Shown piece after piece: positions 1 through 14,280 of a stretch of DNA of 64,000 nt. Each line of letters begins with the position of its first letter. Position 1 is the stretch's first letter. A program made the translations under genes and the position numbers. Source of the DNA: Daphnia carinata (Eukaryota); NCBI RefSeq assembly GCF_022539665.2, contig NC_081331.1, positions 13,764,001 to 13,828,000 on the forward strand. Reading direction: 5' to 3'. The notes under the pieces were generated by a model. It saw only the letters and a list, made by a program, of their open reading frames with translations. It did no database searches and was not told the DNA's origin.

Positions 1-489
1 CTGGTCATCCAAAAAGCATGTGTTCTTAGAAGTACCACGGATCACGCAAATGTTCTGTCCATTGTTATTCTGTTATCATCCCGTTGGTTATACCTCACCA
101 GATTTTCAAGAGCTTATCTATAGATGGCGTGGATGACGCTTCTGTTATCTTTTTTTCGTCCCTGTGCTGCTGCTTGTAAGGTGAAACACTTGGATGGCGA
201 TAGAACACAGTTATTAACCTAACGTCACAACGTACTGAGGCGGTGGCTCGCTAACGGGGTTGGCAGCGTGACTGAAGTGCATCTCGTATCCACTCCTATT
301 TTCTTATTCTTCGTGAACATCTCCAAGTGACTTAATGTGGAGACGTAGGAAAAAAATTTTCGAAACCAGTTAGAAACGTATGTGTTGTGGTGCTGATGCA
401 ATATAGTGCTGTTGGCTCTTTGAAAAGTGTCATCAGTCTCATACAAAAACTTGTTAGTTCTCTTTCCGGTGTTGCTTCAAGTTCGACAA

Positions 490-1285
490 ATGGGGCCTAC
501 CGGGAAGATGATAATTGTGTTCTTCTTCGTTGCCTTAGGTACGGTGAAAATTCCTATGGAGATAAGAAAAATTTGTGAGTCGAAAAGTTACGTATGTGCT
601 GTAGGTCTATACGGCATCTGATGTTGCGTTTTTTCCAACGCCGTTTAAGACGGAACGTGAATGTATGAGTCATGCGTTTATACTTTGGATGTAGGGCCAA
701 ATGCGTATTTAGAAAAGGAATGCACTAAGAACAGTAGAAAAAGTGTATTCGAAAAAAGGAATATACGTCAATAATGTATGTTGTCACGCTGAAGGCTTAT
801 CTTTGACGTAGCTGTTTAGACATAATGGTGCCACTCTTCACTATCTTGGTATTCAGCCAAATTGCTCTCCAATGATGCCCAAAGGCCAGATGCCCGCTGT
901 ACGACAAATGTAGTAGAATGACAACTCTTTAGTTCCCCTAACTAGGCTCCATCCCGCGACAAAAATTTCTAGTAGTTTAATGCTAAATCATTTGCTTGAA
1001 TTTCATTCCCCGTGTTCTAGTGGTACTAGTGGTTGTCATTGCAAGCACTTTGTCGGGGCCGGCAGATCCAGGAAAATGGAATTCTACACAGCCAAACGGT
1101 ACAGAAGATCTGTCTATGGGGGCCATTGGCCTCGCTCCGAATCGCGGTAGTACCGGAACCGGCGTCGACAAAACCGGAAAACTCAAGCCCAAATGGTATG
1201 TTTGGTTGATTCATTTGTGCATGACGATCAGAGATCTTCATTTAAAGAATTACCCGTTATTTCCCTTTTGTTTTACAGGGGGTGA
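490..1285 (+). CDS. Candidate 3-exon microprotein (~76 aa) with N-terminal hydrophobic segment, ending KPKWG
   Basis: Exons 490-538, 1021-1195 and 1279-1285 join in phase through GT-AG introns and give MGPTGKMIIVFFFVALVVLVVVIASTLSGPADPGKWNSTQPNGTEDLSMGAIGLAPNRGSTGTGVDKTGKLKPKWG*. No homolog recognised. Confidence 0.45.
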
Positions 1286-1636
1286 TCGGGCATTTCAGGA
1301 GTGTGGACATACTTGCCCAAGTTTCCAGAAATACAGCGTGTTCACTTATGCATGTGTGTGTTATTTACGTTTATTTTTCATGATCGTTCACTGAATTTCT
1401 GTTTTCATTTGAACTTGTTGATTCCAAAGACCCAAGTCATTAACCGGTTATACTTTCATCATTTCCCACTGTTAAATGTCATCACACAATTTTTCACTCA
1501 ATACATCATTTGTAAATACTTGACAACGTTGGTGCACTCATTTGAATTTTAGAACGTCTGCATTTTCAGTCAGTTATTTTCTTTGAGCTCACGTTGGTGT
1601 CTGTTTAATTGTACAAATCGTAAATGTATCAAAGTA

Positions 1637-4600
1637 ATGTTTCTCGATTATGAAGATGAAACCTTTCCCGAACAATCAATGGAAGAAATCGTACCAAAGA
1701 GAGGTAATAATCAATACAAAACCTAGTTCTACCTCGTGCTATCTCCAAAAATCCATTCTTTCTTTTTTACGGTGTGTTAGATGTGAATATTCCGCAGTTG
1801 ACGTGCATGGGAAAAGTTAGTTTTGCGGAAGACTTATTCCATCCAGCTGGTTATGTTTGCAGCAGAGAATTTGACTCTGTGCTCAGTAATCGAGATCCCG
1901 CTCATTGCTTGCATGTTGATGAGAATGTGTGGCTCTTCAACAAGTGTTTCATTTTTGAAGAAGCCTTTTTTAATGATCATGTTTTACTTTTTACCCTCTT
2001 AAAGTAGGTAAACATCTACATGTTGTTTAACTGTTTTTCTAATTATTTATTTGCATCTAATATAGAACAACATATGGGAGGATTGAGTTCGCAGCGAAAG
2101 CAAATCAAGTTAACTCTGTGGGCACCCCTCCCCTAGTTATGAGACAAAACATCTTGAATTTCATGTCTTATTTGAGAGTATATGTGTACAGGTATCAAAA
2201 TCATCGATGAAAAAAGCTTCAACAATATTTACCTTTTTATTCTTTCAAGGTTTCTATCTGAATTTGGAAAAGAAGATGAGCTTATTTTGCTATATGAGAA
2301 GCTGACAGATATGATCGAAGATGCATGTTTGTGGTTGACCTGTGTAAGTGACATGCCAAGTGTAGTCTTTAGCAGCGGATTGCTGAACAATAACTCACCA
2401 GTAGCTGTATTGTTTCACACCTATTTTGACATCAAATGGTCTTTTCTTGAAATATCCTACATGGCTTCAAATTTGAGGAAGTACAGTGAAAATTCAAGAA
2501 AATCTCGGGAAAACTTTTTGGTTATTTTGCAGCAGCTTGAAGAAAGCTTGTGTGGTGATCTGCTGTATCTGGCTATCCGCAAATTTCCGGAAGTAAATAT
2601 ATTTTATGCTAGACAAAGAGACCATTTTGAAGATGGCGTAACTATTTTGATTTTTTTTTTAGGTGCCCCCTAATGATTGGTCAGGTACAGCCCCTTTCAG
2701 TTGTACTTGCATCCGGGAGTTATGGTACATGCTACTGGTTATTCTGAAAAGTGAAAATTCCGTTTTCAGTGTTGTTCTGAAACAGTATACGAACTTATTG
2801 GAGACACAAGGGCAGGGATGTGTTCAAAGTTTTAGCGATACGAAAAGACTGAAAATTCCAAGCAAAGATCCATTGGCTATTTTGTGGCTGTTTGTCCACC
2901 TCTCTCGACTCAGTGGTTTCAGCCAGACTGGTAATTGGGATAGAAATTTCTCTAGGGTATGAAGTGTTAATTTTTGGTTTAAATAATTGTTTTAACAATC
3001 TGTTTTCATTATCAGATGGAACCTAATTACGATGTGATCAATAAGTTAGTTCAGTTGTATTTTACTGGTGCGGACGCAATGGTTACTGAAGATCGCTCAA
3101 AAGGACTCATGGGCTGCTTGTATTCCCTTTCGCACATCTGGGGTTCCAACCTGAACTTGTGCATTATTCTGTGGGAATACTTCAACAAAAAACTGGATGA
3201 TAACTTCACTCACTCCTCTGCATTTGAGCAATTGCCTTAGTAATCAACAAAAAAGATATAATTGCGCTTTATTTTAATTTCTTCTATTGATTCTGAAGTT
3301 CTTCAAGTCTTTGCTGGTACGAAAATTTAACAGCAAATATTGAACCGTGGAAGAACCTTACTGCTCGACATAACAGTTATTTTATCTTCCTTCGATTGTT
3401 GGGTATGTATGAACTTTTCAATCAAATTGAATTGTTTGTATTGTATAATGTCACTTTACGAAGGTCATCACATGGAGCTACTGAATACAAAGAGCCAGGC
3501 TTCGCTAAAAGCAAGGCTTTATGTGAAACTTCAAGGCAAGAAAATCCAAGAATTGAGCCTTATGGGTCTGTATCACATGATCAGTGCTTGCCTAACGATT
3601 GTCCTCACCAGCGAATCTTCCGAAGACATGGTAAAAAAAAGAATTTCTAACAGTTTGAAATTGTAAATTAAATTCTCCGTCCTTGTTAAAGTGTTCAAAA
3701 ATCCTGGAAATGTCAGCAAATCACAAACAGAAATTTATTTTCTTCGTGGCGGAAATGGTTGTACTCTTGATCTGTGTTAATCGGGGCCGTGATTGCAAAG
3801 AAGTGGCTGCTTCTATATCGTCGCAACTGGAGAAGGTATCGCATTCTCTTAAAGACGGTGATCTCAAAGTTCGCGAAGAGCAGCGCAAATTCGGAACAGC
3901 TTTCATTGAAAATTTTCAAGAAGTCGTTTTCCAGAGCAAGAATTTTTCGCTCGGGCAGAAAACACTAATTGGTATCTGAAAATTCCTTTTCCAATTAAAA
4001 TTTAATGATGGTTCTCATAGTTTAAATTTTTATGTAGATAAACCCCTCAGGAGCTATTTAAAAAACTGTGGCAGCTGTGACCGAACCGCCGTACTCGACT
4101 CACTTTCTAACTTGTTAAGGAAGCTCCGTAACACACCAGATACTTGTCAGCATTCAGTAATTACATTACAGTTGGAATGTAATAATGATTCCATCTTTAT
4201 TTTACATTAGCCGAAGAAGTGTACGCAGCGGTAGTGACTCATATTTATCCTTTAATGAAAGAAAGATTCACATCTATTGAGCATCTGTCTTTCTTTGTCG
4301 AGCTCACAACTACCTCACTGGAGACCAGTAAACCCGAATTCCAAAACATTTTCACATTTCTATGCCTGGATGAAAAAGTTAGCCCGAGGTATTTCTATTC
4401 AAACTTTCGATATAATTATCGGATTAATGCTCGAGTGTTTGATTTGCACAAATTACAGATTGAGTTTGAAATACTTGTCGCAGTTGTTGGAAACCAGGCA
4501 GTTTCTGGTCAATCTTTCATTTTCTTTGAGTAATTACCAAACAATACTCATACAGAGTTGGTTCCGGTAATGCTGAAATGTTTACTTGGCGACTCTAATT

Positions 4601-6306
4601 TTTTCTTATTTCATCAAATTTTATTCTGTTCAAAAGGGTTTCATTTCTTCTTCCCCCTGTTGAAGATTTGAAGGACGACTTGGATCGTCTGAATAGTATC
4701 GTAAAACGACTCCCACGTATGGCTGAACTAGCCATCCAATCGAAAATTCAGCCCAATAGCAACGAGATGATTATCGATTTTTTGCTAATGATGTCAGCAA
4801 ACCACCAAAATATTCAGGTGAAAATTACCTGTTGTCTCTTGTAAAAATGGCCGAAAAATTCAGTTGATTCTTTTAAACGGCAGAATTACAGCGAGCGGGC
4901 CTCTGTACGAGATTCATACCTGCAATATATCGGACCACTGGATAAATATCTCACTAATGTCTTTGTTGGAGGTCTGTGGGATGCAGTTGATCAGATCGCG
5001 CACATCGTGCGCCTAGGTGGGCAAATGTACTTCCAATGTGGCAATATCATCTACACAAAGGTGACTCGCACTTTGAAATTTCTCGTTTGTTTCGTATTTA
5101 AAATGAATCGCCTATTAACCGTACAGGGCAAAGTTGATTGTTTACTGGCTCAGCTGAACAACGTCCTTATAATTCCTATCAGTTTTTCTGATGTAAACAA
5201 GGAGCTCCCCGCTGCGGCTATTTCCCCGCTACAACAGTACCTTCCGTCGGTAAGCCAACTCTTTAATCAATTTGAATATCTAACTCGAGAAACTTTCTTC
5301 AAGCGCGTCTTATTCATTCGATTGTTGGTTTAATTTTTAAGTATATTTTTGGGCTATTCCGACTAAACCCGTCTCGTGATCCGTACGTGATGCGGTGCCT
5401 CAGCACAGTCTTCCAGACTTATATGACGCGGTTTCCGCTGAATCATTCCCATCCTTTCACGGTAATATTTCGAAATGCAAAAAAAAAAAAGCTTTGAAAA
5501 ATTCCGACAATAATCCACATATTTCTCTTTATGGTCTTTGTAAACCCCACGAACCATTTCATTAAATAGCGATGCTGGATTGGCCTAGAAAGTGACCCCA
5601 TTTCCAACACGCTAGTGCCAATCGTGAAGACTTGGTTTCTGCAGACCATTGCAAGCAATGTTCTGCCTCAGAAAGCAGCAAGGACGTCACCTTATTTACA
5701 GCCGGTAATAATTTAGCAGGAAAAAAAAATCAAAATTCCCCTTTACATATGTTTAAAATCTCTGTTTAATAGACTCTGCATTGGTTAAAATTTTTGATAA
5801 CCAACAAAGACTGGAAACTAGAAATTCTTAAGGCAATTTTACTGCCGATCTTCGAACTCTCATTGATCCTGGATGAGATCGTTGGAAAGAAAAATGTCAC
5901 GGATTTCTTGCAGTTTGCGGTTTCCACGCCCAACGCTGAACAAATGTAAAGAGAACAATAACAGAATCAATTGGAATCACTAAAGTAACTGTTGATTGTT
6001 TCAAATTATAGGGCGGTGATGGAGCAAGCATTGAACGAGCTCATCGAGCGCCATTTGGCATTCAATTCCAGCAAACTTTTTAAACTAATGGAGGTCATTT
6101 CCTTCCTGAACGCAGATCTGGTAAGGCGAACACTTCCCAAACTCAGAGAGCAAGTGGCCGTCACAGAATTGAAACGCGGAATAGGCACGGATTCGGTTCT
6201 TAGGTAGGCATTCTATACAGATCATTTTCTTCATCGTAACTAATAGATTGCGATCAATTTCTCTGACAGGCAACTTCTTGGAACTCTTGAACTCTCCCTG
6301 AGTTAG
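1637..6306 (+). CDS. MMS22L: Protein MMS22-like (replication fork repair, TONSL partner), many short exons
   Basis: Exon peptides match MMS22L motifs: PFSCTCIRELWYML, ILWEYFNKKLDDNF, NSYFIFLRLL, LKARLYVKL, and C-terminal TELKRGIGTDSVLR. ATG at 1637, TAG at 6304-6306, short GT-AG introns. Confidence 0.85.
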
Positions 6307-9050
6307 TCACGACATATTGAATTGGTCGATGCTGCTTTCAACAACAGGTATTTTAGCCTAGTTCTATTTGTACGGATCATTCGGCCCAGGGGCTGTATGA
6401 TTACGAGGCGATCGATCTATGTAAATCGTAACGGGAAATACAAATTATTTTGCACGAAACAAAATAATTTGTGGTGGTAAGAAAGATACTTCCCAGGTTA
6501 TTGGAACACCTGGTTCTTTACAAATTCGTAAGATAGCACCAAACCTATTCATGCGATAAGTTTGGTCCTATTTTGACGTTACGATGTAGGGCAAAATTAT
6601 AAAAGTAAAACAAGGTCCACGTATTGAAACGTGGATGATTTAGAATTTGCGGTTTAGTCATGGCTTATACGAGCGAGTCGAAGCGATAAAGATATGATGG
6701 GGCGTAACGTTATCCACCATTTCCATCGACGTTTGTGGTTCGCCTTTTTAATATGTCTTTAAACAAAATATTACCCGTTCCAGAGAGAGTTTTACGTATT
6801 GCTGGATGAATCGACATATATTTTTTATTCAATTTTTTTTTTCTGTTTCGAACAAGGGTTTAACACCATCTTTTCTTCGCCGGCTAACAATGTAGAAAAA
6901 AGGAAAACATGGTCGTAGCTTCACACTCGAATGACTCCACCCAGAAATAGCCCACTTCTTTTGTCCGCATTGCAAAATCTCCGTTTATACAATTATAATC
7001 TTTTCATTGCGAATCAAAAGTTCAAATCTCTTTCAAACTCGTCTGAAAGCAAAAGGTGGCGGAGGACATGTATTGAAAAGTTTTGTCAAAATTGCGGGTC
7101 GTCTAGTCCATGGAACAACTTTTTAATCTAGAATAATTAATCTTTATTACCTTTTTTTCCATCTTTTACTGCCGCATTTAGCGCGGTATTACTCGTTTAA
7201 GAACCGGTTGCATGCTAGCTAATTGGGCGGGTTGGGAACATCACATAATTAATTTGGCAAGTCACGACGTACCCAAGACATGCTAGTCTAAAAAAAACGC
7301 TAGAAGAGGTTTTTCGTACATTTCGCTGTCTCGCCGTCGGTAGAAAGAAGTGTGTATGAAAAACCGCGTCAATGGTACATTTCAAAGTGCTAAAGTTCCA
7401 CACTGTATACTTTAAGCCACATGTAGAATGGTTCGAGACCACACCCGAATATTTACCGCGGGACAGCCGTCCGACGTAAATTTTTTTTATGCATTCCTCG
7501 AGGGCACTGCCGTTCGTCTGCCTAGCCGCTCTTTGGCATGCAGATCCAGTTTAGACAAATATTCAACTACCTCTGAGAAGATAACGAGAGAAAAAAAACA
7601 CGACTGAAAATTTACGAGCGAAATTATTTTTTTGAATGTAAAAACAAATAATATCTTTCAGTTTGGTCATGTCTAGCTCACCATTTTTGTTTGTGGCTGC
7701 TCCTTTTTTTTGTTGCTCTTTTTGGGCCTCGCTATGCAAATTAGTGCATACCGTGCCGTTATTCCGCCGAAAATCTACAACTACCGCTATATATATAAGA
7801 ATCTTTCTTTTCGTAAAGGTTAAGGTGAAAGTATCCATCCTCGAGCTAGTGAGTATTCTTCAACCTGTCTTGGTCGGTTTGAATAATTAACATCCCCATT
7901 TCTAAGCGAATCGAATCACGTGAGGCGATATAAAAAAACGAACGGCCGCCAGATTTTTCAACAAACATTGATTCTGTGCGGTATATATACAGGCGAATGG
8001 ATAGAAAGCTGAAATACGAAAGAAAATCACCACCTGTAGTTTTTATACTATGATTATATTATTCCGCTCTCAAGGTATATTTTCTTTAGAAAGTTTTCTT
8101 CCGTAGCTTTTTCAAGTGTCCCGCCAAGCCCCGAAAGAGATGGAACGGTGCGCAGATCATTCTGTTCAACCATTATATCAAAAGATATGCAAAACTAGCT
8201 CACGGTTTGGATAACAGCAGATTTCGATGTATCTTGATATGTTGTTCGATAGATACGCATGTGATTTAAAGCAAACTGCGGGACATAAATAACTGAACAA
8301 CATTCTAGGTGACTGGTTGTCGTCGTGACCATTTGAGTGTCACAATTGCTTACTGGTTTACGAAAACGGACTGAAAGGTTCTCACCCAGTAGGGTACTTG
8401 GCAAAACAAACCAAAGAGAGTCACAAATTTCTTTTACATGTTTGTTTACCCCCTTTTTTTTCGAAAAATTTTCTCACGAGTTTCTTGTATACTTATTTTC
8501 TATTGTCTCGTCGCCTTGCTTAATTAATTCTAGCACAGATGTTCTAGACTTTTTTTTGCTAGAGGGTATTTTTTAAGGAAAAAATATTGAGGAACACACA
8601 AAAAATATGAGTCGTGGTGTAAGAAGCACGCTTCAGCAGCTTATATCGAACGGCATCAGAAGCATGTTTGCGGCTGGTCTATAACGGGTACTCTTTTTTC
8701 TCTCTCTCTTTCAGTTCATTCCCGGCAGTGAAGGCATTCGCATCTAGTTTATACTCGTCCCGGCCGTAAAACAAAATACCTGCAAGTGTTGTGAAGTGAC
8801 CCAGAAGAGAGAAGGAAAAGCTGTAAATTATTATTGTTTCGATCAAGGAACTGTTTGATTTGTTTTCCATCAATGACACATCTTAACGAAAACATGTCTT
8901 GAAGATAATAATGGCACCGAGTGGGACGTGTCCATTCATAACTGTTGGTAAATAGACCAAAGAAGTGTCCAGTTTTATTTCCGTTCAGAACGGGAGTTCA
9001 CGGTGCAAACGAAAGGATTTGTTTCTCGAATTAGTTTGGCCTGTAGAAAA

Positions 9051-11750
9051 ATGGCCATCAACGTGCCAGGTTTATTGTCGGTTGTCATTTTTTATTTCCT
9101 CATTCTGGTTGTGGGCATTTGGGCCGGATGGAAGAACCGTGGCAAAGGATCACAAGGCGGAACGGAACAAATCATGTTAGCCGGAAGGGATATGGGAACG
9201 TTTGTCGGTGTTCTTACCATGACAGGTAGGCCAAATGTTTAAAATGGATTGACTTATTTTACAACTTAAATTATTGTTTTCTCTTTAGCTACTTGGGTAG
9301 GAGGAGGTTATGTTATTGGATCCACCGAGGGAGCTTTCACTAGCGGTGTTGTATGGTGCCAAGCTCCATTCGGATACGGCATCAGCTTGATTGTCGGTAT
9401 GTAGACGTTGATCTCACCTGTTGATTCTTAATTTGCATTTGTTTTTTGAATCAGCTGGACTTTTTTTCGCCAATCCGATGCGCAGCGCCAATTACCACAC
9501 GATGCTGGATCCGTTCCAAGAAAAGTACGGAGCTAAAATTGGGGGCATCCTCTTTCTCCCGGCTCTTTGCGGAGAGATCCTCTGGTCTTCGGCCATCCTG
9601 TCGGCTCTCGGCTCAACTCTATCCGTCATTCTCGGTCTGGACAACACCATCGCTGTGGTAGTCAGCGCAGCGGTAGCCATGCTCTACACCTTGTTTGGGG
9701 GTCTCCACAGCGTCGCCTACACTGATGTGGTTCAGCTCTTTTGCATCGCCATCGGACTTGTAAGGCTATTAAACTCGTAGTTTCTTTTCATTCATTGTGA
9801 AATCGTGTGTAGAAATGGTAATAAAATCATTGCCAATTTTTTTTTTACAGACAATTTGCGTGCCATTCGCCTGGAATCATAAAGCGGTAGACACAAAGGC
9901 TTTAACAATTCCAGGAACCTGGGAAGGAGTGATAGAGATTTACAATGTTGGTGTTTATATTGAAAATTACCTTTTGATCGTCATAGGAGGCATTCCCTGG
10001 CAGGTTGTTAAACGTTTCATCCATTTTTAAAAAACAATACTTTAAGCGATTTCGTGTTTTTAACTTTCTGAATTTATCCTACAGGTTTATTTTCAGCGTG
10101 TCCTTGCGTGTAGAACACCAAAACAGGCTCAGACGATTTCATATTTGGCTGGATTTGGAGCTATCCTGCTAGCGGCTCCACCCATATGCCTGGGAGTCAT
10201 AGCCCGAGTTACAGGTGGATGCTATTGGCTTGTAATTGAAGCTGTCCAACAATTGGCGATTTATTATATAGTATGGGTAGTGTCTAGCTGTGAAGAGAGC
10301 GTCAGGGGAGAAATTCCTTGTAATGAATGGGGATAATAATAGTGCAAGCGGAAAATAGTAGGTTGACTCTGCTGGATATGTAGTAGATAAAACATAACTC
10401 CCATTTGAAAATGGTTCTGAAGTAGAATTTCAAAAAAAAAGCAATGAGAGCCATTTTATGACCTGATCTGCTACCATCTGCTCACCTGAAGCCTCTTTTG
10501 CATTTTTAATTTAATAGAGTCTCATAATTTTAGCAGAGCTTTCTAATTTTTTTCGTTGAAGATTGGAATGATGCAACACATGGAACTCTTAATGTCACAG
10601 TCGAAGAACACGGAAGAATGATTTTACCTCTAATGTTGCAATTCTTAACACCCCCGGTGAGCAACTAATTAATTTTTACCGTATCATATTTCATTATTTA
10701 TGCGTTTGTTTTATTTTGGGACTATACTAGTGGGTTTCCTTCATCGGTCTTGGAGCAGTCTCGGCAGCAGTCATGTCGTCAGCCGACTCGTCCATTCTTT
10801 CATCTAGTTCCATGTTTGCCAGAAATATTTATCAAGCCATTTTCTTCACGGATGTATGTAGAACAAAGAAGTCATGCAGCGTAACATAAATACTTAAATC
10901 TTGCAAACATATCGTTGCAGGCATCGGAACGGCACGTTCTTCGAGTGATGTGGGTCGCCATTGTTGTTGTATCCGCCCTGGCATCTTTGATGGCCTTAAC
11001 CGTCAATTCTATTTATGGTTTATTGTAATTAACCATTCCATCTCTGATTCGTATGACGATATGGAAATATTTACGCCAGCATTGTTAAATCTTTCCAAAC
11101 AGCGTGCTGAGTTCTGACTTGGTCTACGTGTTGCTGTTTCCTCAGTTATTGCTGGTCCTCTACTGGAACGAACATTGCAATTCGTATGGCTGCCTAGCCA
11201 GTGTTTCCTCAGGATTTCTGTTTCGGTTTCTAGGTAACATCTTAATAGAACGTCCTACTTTCATACTTCATTAATTACTCAGGTTGTGTTCTTTGTAATA
11301 TTTCAAGGAGGAGAACCGCTAATAGGATTACCAGCCATTTTGGCTTATCCTTTCTACGATCCAAAACTTGGCCAACTCTTCCCATTCCGAACGATGAGCA
11401 TGATCATATCTCTCTTGTCGCACGTCATCGTTTCGATTATCGCTCGTTGGATCTTTGTGAATAATTTTTTACCCGCTGAATGGGATTTACTCCGCTGTTT
11501 CAATCAACACATAATACCGGCCTCCGTTCCGGCGTTAGCGATCCGGCCAACCATTCCTGTATCCACGATTTCGCAATCCAGTGACCTGCGTAAAAAAAGT
11601 CATGAAGATTCCGTAAACGGCCCATGTTCAAGTTTAGACATGGGCCGGTTGTACATACCCCGGCCGAAACTCAGGCGAAATTCAGGTCATGGAATTTATC
11701 GAAGGGAGATCGTACCTGGTTCTTCACAGGGAGAACTACGGAACCACTAA
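9051..11750 (+). CDS. SLC5A7: High-affinity choline transporter-like (sodium:solute symporter, SLC5A7 family), multi-exon
   Basis: [118 protein letters not shown]. These are family motifs; probably a divergent paralog. Confidence 0.88.
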
Positions 11751-12179
11751 TGTTTCTACCAAATCGCTTTAACGCGTCGTTTATTATTAAAAAATACATC
11801 GCCCTATGGATGACAGACAACTGGCTTAACTTTCTAATTGGGTGCGCATTAAATTACCTGACAGGGATTTTATCGGTCGAAAAAGGATGCAGCCATGGGA
11901 TGCCCTAGTTTCACGGTTGATTGACGATGAAGTAGTTAAATATGGTGAATACTTGGATTGAAATGAAAAAGAACTGACGACTTCAACACAGACTGGCGAT
12001 TTTCAATCCAATATTCTAAAAGGAATAAAAATTTGAAACGCTGCCTAGAAAACAAATCTGCAAGATGACAGTGTTACTTCTATAAGAACTAAACTAAGAA
12101 CATTTTCAGTTTCCCGATAGAGATCCGGTTTAGAGAGAAGACGTACCAGGAACCAGCGTTCAAATGTGATTATCAAAGA

Positions 12180-14210
12180 TTAGGCCTTATCGAATTCAAA
12201 GTCAAAATTTTAATTCCAATTTTTTTGTGAAAAAGTACGGCTGAAAAGTAAGCCCTTTTTTAATTAAACGTCAAAAACACAAGGCCGGCCATATTTTGTC
12301 GGGCTTAAAATTTGTAACTGCAAAAAATGACACTCATTGGAATTGGCTGAAAATCACAGGATATAGTCAAAATTTAATGCTGATTACTGTGAAATTGTTC
12401 TTTTTTTTCACTAGGTCAATCGTTTTTTGAATACCCACTATTTCTACTGTATAGCGCTATAGCGTACTGGCGCGCTAGCATTGTGTCGAATATTCGGTGT
12501 CTTTAAAAAACGATTGATTTGACGCAAAAACAAACCACTTTATCGAAATCAGCGTTTAATTTTGCTTGTTCTGTGTGATTTTTATCGGATTCTAAGAGTT
12601 CTTATTTTTTGCGGATTTTGACAAAAGTGGGAAGGCTATAGCCTTCTCACTTTTTCATTTTTGGCCAAAATTTAGATTTCATTTTAAATACATGATTCCG
12701 ATTCAAAATTGAACGAGAATCACAAAAATGAAGTTTATTTTTACGTTGGCCTTATAGCTTTTTAAATAAAAGGAAAAAACGGGTGATAAGTGCTGGCGCG
12801 CCAGAAGCGCGTTAATTCCATTTATTATGAAAACGGCCGGTTTGACGAAAAAACAAATACTTTTTCTGGCATCAGCGTCTTATTTTAGGTTAAGTTACAT
12901 CAAATTTAATGTTAAAATTACAAAACTGAATTTCTTTTTTTAGATATAGCTATAATAGTACATGATTTTGATTCGAAATTAAACGAAAATCATAAATTTG
13001 TCGATTGTTTTTCAACAGAGCTAATAGTTATTGAATAAATTGTAAAAAACAACAAACCCAAATATGTGCGCCACCAGCATTTTGCTTCCGTTTATTTAAA
13101 AAACAGTTGGTTTGACGAGAAAACAAACCACTTTATCGAAATCAGCGTTTAATTTTGAATGTTTTGTGTGATTTTCATGGAATCCTAAGAGATTTCGTTT
13201 TTTGCGGATTTTGACAAAAGTGGGAAGGCTATATAGCCTTCTCACTTTTTCATTTTTGGCCAAATTTCAAATTTGGCTAAAAATACATGATTTAAATCCA
13301 GAATTAAATGCTGATCACGGAAATCTACTTTATTTTTCCATTGGCCTTTTAGTTTTTAAATTAAACGTCAAAAACACAAGGACGGCCATATTTTGTCGGG
13401 CTTAAAATTTGTAACTGCAAAAAATGACACTCATTGGAATTGGCTGAAAATCACAGGATATAATCAAAATTTAATGCTGATTACGGGAAAATTTATATTT
13501 TTTTTCATTAAGTCAATCGTTTTTTAAATACCGACTATTTCTACAGTATAGCGCTAGCGCTATAGCGTACTGGCGCGCTTGCATTGTGTCGTATATTCGG
13601 TGTCTTTAAAAAATGATTGGCTTAATGTAAAAAATAACAATTTTCTCGGCATCAGCATTCAATTTTGAGTATGTCTTGTGATATTTAACCAATTCCGATG
13701 AATGTCGGTTTTTGCGGCAAAATTTTTTAAGCCCGACTAAAAATAAGCCCGACTTTTCTTATTTTTTCGTTTTTACGTTTAAACGGCTAACTTGACAAGA
13801 AAACGAATGGCGGTTTCTGAATCAGCGTTGAATTTTGAATCTATTATGTGATTTTCATGGAATTCCAAGAGATGTTATTTTTGGCCAATTTTGCCAAAAG
13901 TGGGAAGGCTATAGCCTTACCACTTTTTCATTTTTGGCCAAATTTCAAATTTTGCTTAGAATACATGATTTCAATGCAGAATTCAATGCTGATCATCGGG
14001 AAGGCTATAGCCTTACTTTTTCATTTTTGCCAAATTTCAAATTTTCTTAGAATACATGATTTCAATGAATTCAATGCTGATCATCGAAATCAAGTTTATT
14101 TTTCAATCGGAGTGATAGTTTACGAAATAAACGGAAAAAATTACCTTTCGTAGCGTAATTGATAGCGCTGATTCGCATTAGAGCGCCAGTACGCAATAGC
14201 GCTATCACGA
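12180..14210. repeat. AT-rich mosaic repeat of direct and inverted modules (fold-back/non-autonomous transposon-like)
   Basis: 12258-12520 recurs at 13355-13620. The block AAAAGTGGGAAGGCTATAGCCTT..CATTTTTGGCCAAA recurs at ~12620, 13215, 13895 and 13997. ATCAGCGTTTAATTTTG-like modules alternate with their reverse complements (AAATTTAATGCTGAT). No coding signal. Confidence 0.75.
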
Positions 14211-14280
14211 CAATGAACACGAAAACCATTCATAGATGGCGCTGGGTTAAGCAGTCTAATGTGTCTAAAAACCTAGAAAA

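Noticed and set aside
2004..3300. Apparent premature stops in MMS22L ORF fragments (e.g. EQLP* at 3238)
   Set aside because: The ones checked coincide with GT splice donors, and the exons join in phase.
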